Origin: Octopus sinensis | Taxonomy: Eukaryota | Assembly: GCF_006345805.1 (NCBI RefSeq) | Contig: NC_043010.1 | Location: 8,990,001 to 9,054,000 of the forward strand | Direction: 5' to 3' | Length of the DNA stretch: 64,000 bases | Shown: positions 42,074-55,538 of the stretch, piece after piece | Layout: every line of letters starts with the position of its first letter | How positions within the stretch are numbered: the first letter of the stretch is position 1 | Position numbers and translations under genes: made by a program | Notes under the pieces: generated by a model | Seen by the model: the letters and a program-made list of their open reading frames with translations, nothing else | The model's database searches: none | What the model was told of the DNA's origin: nothing

Positions 42074-42629
42074 GATATATGTGTGTGTATGTTTATATGT
42101 ATATATGTATGTATATATATATATATACACACACATGCAAGAAAGAGAACTCAATTCTGTATGTGAGAGTATACAAATATGTATAGATCAGTATGTACTA
42201 TCAGACTCTAAACATTATTTAGATACTTGCATATGAAAAATATCAGTTCAAATACTGTCAATAATGCAATATTATAAATGTGCAAGTCTACAAACGATAA
42301 ATAAAATGATGGATAACCATGTTCTACATAAAAACATACATAAACACATATACAAATGCACAAATATAAACACACACACACAGAAATAATACACATATGC
42401 ATGCCCATACATATATGTTCATATTTTAGTATTGTTCAATATTTTTCTTTTGCCTTATCCCATAGTATTGCCATCAGACATGAATAAAAATCAAATTCCC
42501 TCAATGACTTAGAATGGATATACATGCTTACATAGACCCATGCATGCATACACACACTCACACACACACACAAATATATATACACAGAACACGCATACAT
42601 ACAGACACATATCGAAATCGAAATCAAAT

Positions 42630-42975
42630 TTGATGACTGGCATCCATGCTAGTGGAGCGCTAAGAGCACCATACAAGCGTGATCATTGCCAGAGCAACAA
42701 ACTGGCCTCTGTGCCGGTGGCACATAAAAAGCATCACCATTGTGTGTGGCCATTGCCAGTACTGCCTGACTGGCCCTTGTGCCGGTGACACGTAAAAGTA
42801 CCCACTACACTCTCGGAGTGGTTGGCATTAGGAAAGGCATCCAGCTGTAGAAACTCTGCCAGATCAGATTGGAATCAGGTGCAGCTATCTGGTTCGCCAG
42901 ACCTTAGTCAAATCGTTCAACCCATACCAGCATGGAAAGTGGACGTTAAGCGATGATGATGATGATGATGATGAT
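42630..42975 (+). mobile_element. Family D retroposon with (GAT)n tail
   Basis: cacgtaaaagtacccactacactctcggagtggttggcattaggaaaggcatccagctgtagaaactctgcc...gttaagcgatgatg. Confidence 0.82.
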
Positions 42976-43064
42976 ACATGCATGCATACACACACACACT
43001 CACATATAGCTATGCATGTATACATATATATGATTATATGTATCTATCTAGGTAAGTAGGTATA

Positions 43065-43502
43065 TCTCTCTCTATATAAACGGCAGTTTGTCTGTCTGTG
43101 TGTCTGTGTGTCTGTCAGGTTGTACCCTCACCCTGACCATGGCTTTCAGCTGATTCTGATGAAACTTGACATACACATAGCCCAATGTCATAATTCAAAA
43201 CTAACGCAGCAAAAATTTTGAAAAGTTCCCCAGTTCTGGAAAAAATCGATAAATTCGACATGGGGTCGAGAATCTAAGCTTTTTATATGCAACACATTTT
43301 CTGTCTAGGGGACACAACTCGACCTTTTTATCGCCCAAAGGGACAGCTAGGAACATCGTATACACAGAAGTATTCGAGTGAAGAGAAGACATTGCAACCT
43401 ACACATGCGCCTTCGTTCCCTAGAGGGAAAGAACTAGATTGGGATTAGTCGTTGCCTATTAGGGGCTCTTACTTCCCGGGCAATGCCGGGCTATGCTGCT
43501 AG
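43065..43502 (+). mobile_element. Non-autonomous Helitron
   Basis: 5' A|TC start, (GTCT)/(GT) block near the 5' end, subterminal hairpin cccgggcaatgccggg at 43475-43490, 3' CTAG|T at 43499-43502, and no TSD. Confidence 0.8.
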
Positions 43503-43618
43503 TATAATCTAAAAATGTACTGGAAGGAACATTCTGCAAAATCTCCTCCACTAAGTTCTATATGAAAATAGCTGTTACATCTTGGAGTAAGCAAGTGTGT
43601 AGAGTAAGAGTCATGTTC

Positions 43619-43892
43619 TATGTAGTAATAAGAAGTGTGGGAAACATAATTAGTACTTTTAAGTTCTACATTACATGTGTGTGTTTCCATAAACTCATTG
43701 GTACTACACAAGCTGATTGGCACAGCTGCACAAACTGACTGGCATGGTTCCTCACTATTAGCAGCAATACCGAGGAAGTGCAACAGTGCCAATCTGCTTG
43801 TGTAATAGCACCAGTAGCATTTGGAAATATGTGTGTGTTATATGAAGTTTTGAAATACCAATTACATATCCTACATTTCTTATTTCTACATA
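43619..43892. mobile_element. Diverged fold-back element / MITE with ~113-bp imperfect arms
   Basis: The left arm tatgtagtaataagaagtgtggg...acacaagctgattggcacagctgcac matches the reverse complement of the right arm, tatgtagaaataagaaatgtagg...acacaagcagattggcactgttgcac. The spacer is about 46 nt and both ends are TA. Confidence 0.8.
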
Positions 43893-44394
43893 TATTGATG
43901 TATGTGTGTGTATGAATGCATGCGGCTTAGTGGTTAGGCTGTTGCCCTCACGATCATTGGAATGTGGGTTCGATTCCCAGGCCAGAGAATGTATTGTGTT
44001 CTTGAGCAAAACTCTTCATTTTGTGCTGCTATCGTCCCCCTTTCAATCAGGAGGGAATGAGGACCTGCTCACCCTACCAGTGGGGAGGCATCATTCAAAG
44101 GCTAAAACAATGAAAAAGTGCTTTATGACCAGCGATGTTCAACCACACCTGAAAGTCTGGTCAGTCACCTGATCATGTGATTCATATATTTAAGTATATA
44201 TGTACACACACACACACACACATACATATATACAAATATGTACGTAATTACAAAGAAAAGATATAACATGTTACACTTAATTTTGTTTATGTTACTAACA
44301 AAGAAATTGCTATAAAATGTATATCGTGCTAACATCATTTCTATTAACATTGCCCTCATAAAATTTACTTATTTAAAAACGGAATTTTAAACAC

Positions 44395-44441
<47 letters not shown>

Positions 44442-46030
44442 TTTTTGTGTGATACTACCAACAAGAAAACAGATATTTGTTATTGTGGCATATCAGTTCC
44501 CAAGAAACTTGTTCAATTTTTATAAATTTAACTCGGAGATAATCTGTCACTAAATCTTACTTTGATTAAAAAAAGCCATGTTTTTTACATATACCTGAAT
44601 CTTTCAAGATCCTTTTCTTCAATTTAAACTTACTTTCGTAAACATTGAATTTTATTATCTGTTTGTAGAGATAATACTTTAAAAAAAAAACCTAATATGT
44701 TTTAAACTGATTCTGTGTTTTAAAAGGTAAACCCACATGTCTTGCACTAAATAGTAGAGGATTATTTACATCTTTCGAGCTCTTCAAAACCTTTCTAATG
44801 TTGCTTTATTAATCTATTTTTTTTTTAGCTAAATTTAATTACACATAACTGCATGCTTTACAGCTTAGAGAAAAGACAACTCTAAACCTGGCATACTACT
44901 ACTTAGCCTCACAGTAAAACCCAACTTTACTCTTGCCAGAGTTAAAGTAGAGTTTAATTCACCTGGTGGCATCATGACTATGCTGCATGGATTCCCTTCA
45001 CTTTATAAAGTCTAGGCATCTTCCCTGTATATTCCAAATATTGGCAACATTGTCCTATCCCCATAGCTAAATAGGATGATCTCATCTTATTCTACTGAGT
45101 ACTAATCCCTTATTATTGAACACACATTTAAAGGATTACTTTGCCTAGTTTCATTCTACATCTCTCAAATACCTCTTTCTTAACAAAATATTGCTCCACA
45201 TCAAGATTTTTAACCAATTACTTAAAGCTTCTGTATGAATAAGACACCAACATGTTATAGAATCAGCACTTGACTCCAGGTTAAAGTATTTCATTCTACC
45301 TCTCTTTAACTCATACCAAGAGCCCTGAAATTATTATATAACTAGTCTAACACATGAATCCTAAATATGACTGAAGCATACATGTAGTTTCTAGTGAATA
45401 TAACATTATTTATGAACCTGTAGAGATTACCAAACACAGCATAATAAGTTTCCACTCCTCCAAACTTACACTACTTTTATTTTTATTAATCAGATCTTAA
45501 CGTTAATCCTTAAATCCAATCATCTTTAAGAAAGAAATAACATTTTTTTTTACCAATGAAAATACCAATATATAACGATGTATGCATAAACTTTGCACTT
45601 TGAAACATATGTAATTCAGATTTGAGGAAAACCAAACTAGAAACCAATTTAATATGCATTTCATATTCTAGTTTATCTCTTTTTAACCTCCTACCAGGCC
45701 TGAAAAAAAAAACTATTTCCATTTACATTATATATATCATGGGATGGGTAGCATAAGTAAGTATCTTTGATTATTTGAAAATTCCATAATAATTATTGAA
45801 CACATACATGATTGATTATCTGAAAAAAAAAATTTGTGAATAATAAAGCAGCTACAAAAGCTTGAGACAGACTATGTAAGGCGATTATAGGAGGATTGCA
45901 TTATTGAAAAACTTATAAAAGAGCAATTGACATTGACTATCTGCACCACAATAGAAAATCTGTAAAAGCAATGGCAATAGATTTATATACATATATATGT
46001 ATATTTTGAGCGTGTGTGTATAAATATATA

Positions 46031-46081
<51 letters not shown>

Positions 46082-46575
46082 GTATGTATATATATAAACA
46101 AAGACATGTTCCATTCAACAGCACCCTGATATGTTATAAGTATTCGAAAACACTTGGGAGTACAAATAAAATGAAGGGTGGCCACAATATAGAAAGAAGT
46201 ATATATTTATTGGCTTCAAGCTAATGATTTACACCATTGCTGTTCAGAGGATCTCTCTTGATATTAGTAAGTCAAAGGTTACAAAAACAATATTTCTGAA
46301 TGTTTACACGCACAGACATATTCATATACAAACTTATACATATATATACATATATATATATATATATGCAAATATATATATATATATATATATATTAATG
46401 TACAATTCAAGGAAGATAACATCTGTTATATATTATATGTGTATACGTATGTGGGTGTCTGTGTGTGTGGTAAAAGATAAAAGATATAAAGTTATATATA
46501 TATATGCACACACAAATAGATAGACATATATATATATACATTATATATATATATATATAAATATATATATATATT

Positions 46576-46628
<53 letters not shown>

Positions 46629-47437
46629 TATATATGTCTATCTATTTGTGTGTGCATGTGTGTGTAGCCCCATTATAGATTGACAACTGATGCTGGTGTG
46701 TTTACATTTCTGTTACTTAGCATTTCAGCAAAAGTGACCAATAGAATAAATACTAGGCTTACAAAGAATAAGTCCTGGGTTTTATTTGTTCGACTAAAAG
46801 TGGTGCTCCAGCATGGCCACAGCTGTGTGAAAGACATACATACATACTCACATATATAAATATATATATATGAGTATACATATTTGTTTATATATAGATG
46901 TATATATATATATATATATAAATACATTTATGAATATATATATATATATATGCATATATATTATGGATAAATGTATATACATATGTTTATATGTATGTAT
47001 GTATATATATGTATATGTATGGACATGTATATTATGTATAAACATGTGTGTGTATATATATATTCATATTCATCAACATATAGATATCTATATATATATA
47101 TATATATATCAAAGCTAGCTTGATGTGCATATACATAAATGAATATACATATATGTACATGTATATATATGTGTATTTGTGTGTGAGTGTGTGTGCATGT
47201 GCATGTGTATGTAAAGGTGTGTATTTGTATATGTGTATGTATGTGTTTGCATAAGCATGAATACTAAAGATTAAGAGTTGTTGGTCAGGTAAAAGCTCTA
47301 TATCATGGAATAGTGAAGAATGGCGCAGGAAAAGTCGTGAGACACAATATTAGAGAAAACCTTTCCAACCCATCAATGCACCTGGAATAACAACGACAGG
47401 GGTTGAACAGTTGGGCATAGGCATAAACACATGCACA

Positions 47438-47478
<41 letters not shown>

Positions 47479-47578
47479 ACATATACACCCACAAACAATC
47501 ACATACACTTTTGTGTGTGAGCATACATATATATATATATGTATAAGTCTATATATTTTATCTATCTCTTAATGTATG

Positions 47579-47628
<50 letters not shown>

Positions 47629-47762
47629 ATATGCATATATATATATTTATATATATTTATAGTATATATATGTATGTATATATATATATATATATAATAT
47701 ATATATATAAATATATATATACACATATAGTTGTGTGTGTGATGTATATATATTTATGTATG

Positions 47763-47793
<31 letters not shown>

Positions 47794-48245
47794 ATATATA
47801 ATATATAAGTGTGGTGTCTATAAGTATTGATATGTATATCAGAAAAGATCAAAGGATCAAAGGTACTCCTCGACAGGCTCCTAAGTACAGTTTCTTGGAT
47901 ATGCCACATATAGATAAATCTGCCCATCCTGGACAGGATGCCGTTCCATTACAGGATTACTTGTTATTGGCATCTGAATGGACTGGAACAACATGAAATT
48001 AAGTGTTTTGTTCAAGAACAGAACATATCACTTGCTCTAGGAATCAAAACCACAATCACATTCATGAGTGTGACACCCTAACTTCTATGGCATGTGCCTC
48101 CACATTGGTATATGCGCATGTATATATATATATATATATATATTACAATATATATATACCATATATATATTAATATATATTATATATATATATAATTATA
48201 TATATATATGTAATATATATATATATTATATACATATATATATAT

Positions 48246-48281
<36 letters not shown>

Positions 48282-48312
48282 ATGTATATTATATATATTG
48301 TAATATATATAT

Positions 48313-48344
<32 letters not shown>

Positions 48345-48373
48345 CATACATATGTATATATATAGATTGTATA

Positions 48374-48449
<76 letters not shown>

Positions 48450-48872
48450 ATATATTGGTCTGCTCGCTTAGCCAGTGGGGTGGTGTCATTTGAATGCTAA
48501 AACAATGCGAAGCGCATTGTGACCAGCGATGTGTAGCAGCATCTGATAGCCTGGTCGGTCATGGTGATCACGGTGATATATATATGTATACACATACACA
48601 CACACACTCACACACACACACACACATATATATATACATGGGTGGGGATTGTGGATGTAGCTGTATCAGTGTGCATGCATGTGTAAGTCTGTCGGCGTAT
48701 GTGTGTTTGTGTGGATACGGGTGCTTATGTGATGTTTGTATATTTGTGAATAATTCTATACAATTTTATTTACAATGCTGTATCTATTGCCATTGTTATA
48801 TATGATACATTAAAATTTTATCTTTGCAGGCATGCATGTATGCGCATATGTATTGTAATTTTTAATGGTTCT

Positions 48873-48972
48873 NNNNNNNNNNNNNNNNNNNNNNNNNNNN
48901 NNNNNNNNNNNNNNNNNNNNNNNNNNNNNNNNNNNNNNNNNNNNNNNNNNNNNNNNNNNNNNNNNNNNNNNN
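48873..48972. other. Scaffold gap (100 N)
   Basis: Exactly 100 Ns, a typical placeholder for a gap of unknown size. Confidence 0.98.
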
Positions 48973-49364
48973 GTTATTTATGTTTGTTGTTGGAGAGATT
49001 TTAAAAATAAAGCAAATGAAAACAAAAGATAAGAAAAGTGCTGCTAATGAAGTGAAAGTTGTCTGTGTGTGTGGAAGTGGTTGGTAGCGGTAATAGTGAT
49101 GGAGTTGTTGAAAAAAAACAAAACAAAGTTAAGTAATTCTTGAACAGGTAATAACTGAGAGCGTTTGTCACCAACTCCTTGCAATTTACAAACTGTGTGA
49201 AGTAAGTGTTCTTACATCCCCCGAAAACTGTGAAGTGTCACACTCGAAGTAGTGAGTGATTCTCTTTCTCTCGCACCCAACTTCCGTGAGAAAGCAAGCA
49301 AGCACGCACGCACGCACGCAACAAACAACATCAACAGCAAACATTCGGGTTTTAAGATTTGCAA

Positions 49365-49705
49365 AGGTGGTGGCGGTGGCGGTGCGGTGGCGGTGGTGGC
49401 GGTGGCGGTGGTGGTGGTGGTGGTGGTGGTGGTGGTGGTGGTAGTGGTGGCGGTGGTGGTTGCTGTGTTGATAGTTGTTAGGGTGGTAGTGATAGTGGTG
49501 GTAGTGGTGGTAGAGGTGGTGATGGTGGTGGTGGTGGTGGTGGTGGTTGCTGTGTTGATAGTTGTTAGGGTGGTAGTGGTGGTAGAGGTGGTGATGGTGG
49601 TGGTGGTGGTGGTGGTGGTGGTGATAGTGGTGATAGTGGTGGTAGTGATAGTGGTTGTAGTGGTGGTAGAGGTGGTGGTGATGGTGGTGGTGGTGGTGGT
49701 GGTAG
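49365..49705. repeat. (GGT)n mosaic with a repeated gctgtgttgatagttgttaggg cassette
   Basis: Directly visible. Confidence 0.93.
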
Positions 49706-49841
49706 CAAAGGTATTGTGAATGTTGTCACTTGTGAGAGAGGAAGAAGAAAAGGAGATTGAAGAGAAAGTGAAAGTTAAAGAGAAGTGAGTTAATGGGGAA
49801 AGAGAAGCAAAAAGATAGTGAGAGAGGAAAGGCAGAAAACT

Positions 49842-49889
<48 letters not shown>

Positions 49890-50049
49890 CAGGGTGAAAG
49901 ATAGAAAGATAGAAAGAGAGAAAATAAAGTATTAGATAGAATGAAAGTGAGCAAAAGAGAGATAAATAAGTAGTGGAGAGATAGGAGAGAGAGAGAGAGA
50001 GAGAGAGAAAGGGAGAGAGAGAGAAGGGAAAGAGAGAAAAAAGTGGAGC

Positions 50050-50410
50050 TGTTTTGATGTGTGTTTTCAGAGAAGATGTGTATTCTAGTGTTTGAGCCGT
50101 TGCATTACTGCTGCAGTTATACGGCAGCAGCGTTGTGTCGTTCGCTTCTGCGATGCCAAGTCAATAAAAGAGAGAGAGAGAGAAAGAAAAGTGGACTCTA
50201 CTTTGCTACCAACTACCGTTTGTTTGGAATGTGTGCTGGAACTGAGAAAAAGCTGATTAATTGTCACATGGAAGGAGAACAGAAACTCTCTACATCTGAT
50301 TTCGACTGCATTTGTCTAAATTAGAGAAAAACCAAAAATGTAAACTTCCTCACGTACCAGCAGACATAGATATAAAGCATACAAACATACAAATGTTCTG
50401 ATAATTAAAT
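50050..50410. other. Duplicated non-coding element, copy 2
   Basis: See copy 1 at 5800-6150. Confidence 0.9.
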
Positions 50411-50492
50411 TTAAGAGAATTTTTCTTGTTTTGTAAACTAGATTTCAGTACGGGGACATTTCGGTAGAAGTTTGGCGTAACAGATATCAATG

Positions 50493-50558
<66 letters not shown>

Positions 50559-50560
50559 TG

Positions 50561-50650
<90 letters not shown>

Positions 50651-50725
50651 GTAATAATAATAATAATGATAATAATAATAAAAAAAATAATAAAAAAAAT
50701 AATAATAATGATAATAATAATAATA

Positions 50726-50787
<62 letters not shown>

Positions 50788-50799
50788 AATAATAATAAT

Positions 50800-51645
50800 T
50801 TCATTTATTTTCCACAAGTGCAAAGGACGTGGGGGACAATAAAAAGACAGACAGAAAGTGCGGGGATTTGCATATAATGCTAAAAAATTTTTTTTAATGA
50901 AAGAACAAGAATTTAAGTATACACGGCATGCACTGAAAAAAGAAAGGACATATGCATAGCATACCAAGTTTTAAAAAAAAGTGGCAAGGTGGATGATAGA
51001 GATGTGGTCCTCCTGATACAGGAAGGCCCCCACGGATAATCAAGGCACCCCACTTCGCTGAGATTTCCTGTAAACTCTCCAGGGGCATGTGCCCACTCCA
51101 ATTTCTTCTCTCCGATACACAGGTCTACACTAAAGAGAGGTACCATCCACTCTTGCCATTTTCACAACTTTCACCCACCTTTCATAAAAAAATCCCTCAA
51201 ATCCAGCACTTCCCTCTCTACTTTCAATTTCCTTTTCAAGTGAAACTCGAAGTCAATGAGAGCTCTACCAAAGAGGAATGTATCTGTCCTCATACCTTTC
51301 AGCCTTGTCCACCAAACAACCTCTTTCGCCACAGCCACCAGGCAAATGAAAACTGCCTTGCCTACCTGATTGAAGGAGGGTGGTGGTGCAATCATCACTA
51401 CAAACTCAGCTGGGTCCATCCCATACATGACAGCAGCTGTTCGACATAACTCTGTAAGTCAGCAATGCCTGGACACTGAATGAGGGTGTGCAGAATGTTT
51501 TCGTCACTCTGAGCACACCTTGGATAAGCCCATCTGACAGCACATCCATGCCTGTAGAGTTTGTCTCAAACTGGTGGCACTGCCAAGTCAAAGACATCTG
51601 GAAATTATTCGTGATAATGCCCAATGGAAAGTCCTCCTGAACAGC
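50800..51645 (-). mobile_element. Tx1-like (L1-clade) LINE 3' fragment embedded in (AAT)n
   Basis: Minus frame ...GKAVFICLVAVAKEVVWWTRLKG...LIDFEFHLKRKLKVEREVL. The 3' UTR ends gaaaataaatgaa followed by (ATT/ATC)n, and (AAT)n lies on both sides. Confidence 0.75.
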
Positions 51646-51716
<71 letters not shown>

Positions 51717-51719
51717 GTG

Positions 51720-51751
<32 letters not shown>

Positions 51752-51940
51752 TAATAATAATAATAATAATATAATATAATAATAATATGTATTTTAATTT
51801 AACTTTAAAAAAATAAATGAACGAACTAGTGGTTAGTTTAATGGCCTACCAATGTACTATGAGTTTCTTTGCCCTAGGAGTCGGGAAGACACTCGGCAAG
51901 AAATGGAAGCAAATTTGAAAGAGAAGAAAAAAAAGATAAC

Positions 51941-51980
<40 letters not shown>

Positions 51981-52033
51981 GTAATAATAATAATAATAAG
52001 AAGAAGAAGAAGAAGAAGAAGTAGAAGAATAGC

Positions 52034-52441
52034 AATCCTTTCTACTATAGGCACAAGGTCTGAAATTGGGGCAAGGGACTAGTCGATCACATTGACCCCA
52101 GTGTTCAACTGGTATTTATTTTATCGACCTCAAATGGATGAAAGACAAAGTTGACCTCAGTTGAATTAATAATAATAATAATAATAATGATAATAATAAT
52201 AATAATAATAGTTTCTACCATAGGCACAAGGCCTAAAGTGTTAGTGGTGGTGGATTGTCGTTTACATCAACCCCACTGCACAACTGGTACTTATTTTATC
52301 ACCCTGATAGAATGAAAGGCAAAGTCAATCTTAACAGCTTTAACACTCGGAATGTAAAGCTGGAAGAAATGTTAAGCATTCTGTTCAACATGTTAATGAT
52401 TCTACCAGCTGGCCATCTTAATGATAATAATAATGATAAGG

Positions 52442-52494
<53 letters not shown>

Positions 52495-52744
52495 TCAAAA
52501 GATAGTGCTCATGGGAACTGCTCATATCCTATGCAAAATACTCTCTATGTAATCTCAAGGTTTAAAACAAACATAATTTTCGGTTTTTTTTTTTTAAACA
52601 TTCACTAATACAAACACCAAAAAACCCCCAAATATATGGCACACAAGCATAACAACAACATGAACTTCCAACCTGTTGTCTCTTGAGGTCTCTGGGTGAG
52701 ACTGGAGCCAACTTGTTACAAATATAAAGCAAAGTCAAACATAG

Positions 52745-52775
<31 letters not shown>

Positions 52776-52976
52776 TAATAATAATAATAATAATAATAAT
52801 TATAATAATAATTAATCCTATCTACTACAGGCACAATTTTGTAATTTTGGTGGTGCACAACTGGTACTTCTTTTATTAACCCCGAAAGGATGAAAAGAAA
52901 AGCAGAATTTGAACTCAGAATGTAGTGATGGATGAAATACTGCTAAGCATACTAACAATTCTGCCAGCTCACCCCC

Positions 52977-52980
<4 letters not shown>
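52034..52980 (-). mobile_element. Three family B SINE variants separated by (AAT)n
   Basis: Copies at ~52034-52168, 52211-52419 and 52813-52980 each show the tail reverse complement (aatcctttctactataggcacaagg-like) abutting an AAT-type array. Confidence 0.8.
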
Positions 52981-53014
<34 letters not shown>

Positions 53015-53284
53015 GTTAGGCACAATGTCATAGATTTTTTTGAAAGGGTGATAGTTGATTAAATTGACAACAGTATTTCAATTAGTCAGTACCACATCAA
53101 GGTGTGGTGGTTTGCTCAGGATAACATTTTTATGGGAGTAAGGGGCACTTTGTGTCTGCTGTTTAAGTTGTTTTAGGGAACAGCTGGGGATGGGGGGGGA
53201 ACACAGCAAGCTTAAGATGTGCCCTGGGTTGCACACACTGTAGCTATACCTCTAGATATAGTACTTTATATTCTTTGTACCGTT

Positions 53285-53760
53285 GAGGTGGTGAGCTGGC
53301 AGAACTGCTAGTGTGCTTGGCAAAATGCTTTGTGGGATTTCATTCGTCTGTATGTTCTGAGTTCAAATTCTATCTAGATTATTTTTGCCTTTCAACTTTT
53401 TTTGGTGGGGTGATAAAATAAGTACAGTAATCCCTTGCCATATCATGGTTCCCCTAAGATGGGGTTCACCTATTGTGGTTCGCTTATCGTGGTTTATTAT
53501 TTAAACTTACATTGATTCCTCAGTGGTGTTATTTAGCATTTATACTAAAATAAATATATACAAATTATAAAAATAATGAAAAAAATATACAGTACAGTAC
53601 TGTTTCTACTTCACAGATTTTTACCTATTGCAGGTGGCTTGGGAATGTAACACCTGCAATAGTTGAGGGATTACTGTAGCAGTTTATCACTAGGGCCAAT
53701 ATAGTTGCCTTAACTCATCCCTCTAAACTGCCAACATTGTGCGAAAATCTTAAACCCTTA
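53285..53760 (+). mobile_element. Family B SINE interrupted by a Tigger-type MITE
   Basis: The SINE body resumes after the insertion: ...ataaaataagTA|insert|TAgcagtttatcactaggg. Confidence 0.75.
53425..53676. mobile_element. Tigger/pogo-type MITE
   Basis: TIRs cagtaatccct / agggattactg with a TA TSD on both sides. Confidence 0.88.
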
Positions 53761-54067
53761 CATTTGTCCTGGAAGATTTCAAAGTTAAGCTGACCTTTGT
53801 GAGATTTGAACTTATTACATTAAGAGTCAGAGCAAATATCACAAAGCAATTTCTCTGATGTTCTTACAATTTTGCCAGTTCACTATTCTTCATAGCGTCT
53901 TTAATTCAGACATAAAACGAGCAGTTTTTGAGAAAGAGGGATTTAGAGAGAAATATCTGTTGTACCAAACTTCTGAAATATCACATCACAAATCTAGATA
54001 CAAAACAAACCAAAAGTCCTCTTAAATTTAATCCTCAGAACATTTGTATGTTTGAATGTTTTATATC

Positions 54068-54098
<31 letters not shown>

Positions 54099-54101
<3 letters not shown>

Positions 54102-54318
54102 CTTTTCTACTGTAGGTACAAGATCTGAAATTCGGGGGGAGGGGACTAGTCAGTTATATTGACCCCAGTGTTTTACTGGTATTCAATTTATCAACCCTGA
54201 AATGATGAAAGGCAAAGCTGACCTCAACGGAATTTGAACTCAGAACATAAAGTTGGACAAAATGCCACTAAGCATTTTGCCCACCATGCTAGCAATTTTT
54301 ACCAGCTCACCATCTTAA
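54099..54318 (-). mobile_element. Family B SINE variant
   Basis: aatcttttctactgtaggtacaag...ggaatttgaactcagaac...accagctcaccatctt, flanked by (AAT)n. Confidence 0.82.
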
Positions 54319-54365
54319 TAAAATAATATAATGATAATAATAATATAATAATAATAATAATAATA

Positions 54366-54915
54366 AATGCCCTGATGCAGTACCAGGCAGTGGCTCTCAT
54401 GGCTTCTGATCTTAACTGATTGGAAGTGTTATCATGTACATTGTTTTGTCTTGGTATAAAAGATGGGCTACAGCAAATATTCTGCTCAATACCACAGATT
54501 TGCTGTCAGTTGTTTGACCTTAACCAGTTGAGCATGTCCCTTAGTGGCTGACGATAGTGTATCTCTGATCACGAGCAGAAGTAGTGGGGGAGCATCATAG
54601 CCATGTGTTGGAGGGATTCTTTTTGGGGTTTGAATAGTTCACCTCTGGAAACATGGGTGGTTCTTTCAAATCCTTAAAAAACCTTATTCAGGGACCGTTT
54701 GAGGGGAGGGCTACTAACCTGAAGAAAATTCTAACTGGGCCCCACCTGCAAGTCATGTGCTGTTTATCTTGATATGAGATCATCATGTTGCGCACATATG
54801 GTTGTGATGCATGTGCCTGGTGTACCTTTATCAGACGGGTAGTCATGATGGGTATATTGGGCTTCGTATATTTTACCCCAGTGTCACTTTGATGGCATGA
54901 ACTGCTCTCTCACTC
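54366..54915 (+). mobile_element. (TAA)n-flanked retroelement tail, copy 1 (possibly the 3' end of an R4/Dong-like LINE)
   Basis: About 550 bp, homologous to 55007-55538. It ends actgctctctcactc followed by (AAT)n and has (AAT)n on both sides. The family assignment is inference. Confidence 0.6.
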
Positions 54916-55006
<91 letters not shown>

Positions 55007-55538
55007 GCAGTACCATACAGTGGCTCTAATGGCTTCTGATCTTAACTGACTGGAAGTGCCATCATGTACATTGTTTTGTCTTGGTATAAAAGATGAGCTA
55101 CAACAAATATTCTGCTCAATACCACAGATTTGTTTGTCAGTTGTTTGACCTTAACCAGTTGAGCATGTCCTTTGGTGGCTGATGATATAAGTATCTGTGA
55201 TCATGAGCAGAAGTAGTAAGGGAGCATCGTAACCATGTGTTGAGAGGAATTCTTTAGGGTTTAGATAATTCACCTCAACGTCCTTGAAAAATCCTTATTC
55301 AAAGACCTTTTGAGCGGAATGAGCTACTCAACTTGAAGAAAATTCTAACTGGGCCTCACCTGCATGGTCATGCACTGTTTATATTGATATGAGATCACCA
55401 TATCATGTACAATATGGTTGTGATGCATGTGCCTGGTATACCCTTATCAGACGGGTAGTTATGATGGGCATACTTATATTATGATGGGCTTCATATATTT
55501 TACCCAAGTGTCACTTTAATAACATGCACTGCTCTCTC
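55007..55538 (+). mobile_element. (TAA)n-flanked retroelement tail, copy 2 (more diverged)
   Basis: Differs from copy 1 by many substitutions, so these look like independent insertions rather than a false duplication. Confidence 0.6.

Noticed and set aside
52034-54318. Repeat-spacer-like periodicity suggestive of a CRISPR array
   Set aside because: The units are diverged SINE fragments of unequal length separated by microsatellites in eukaryotic DNA, with no constant direct repeat and no cas genes.
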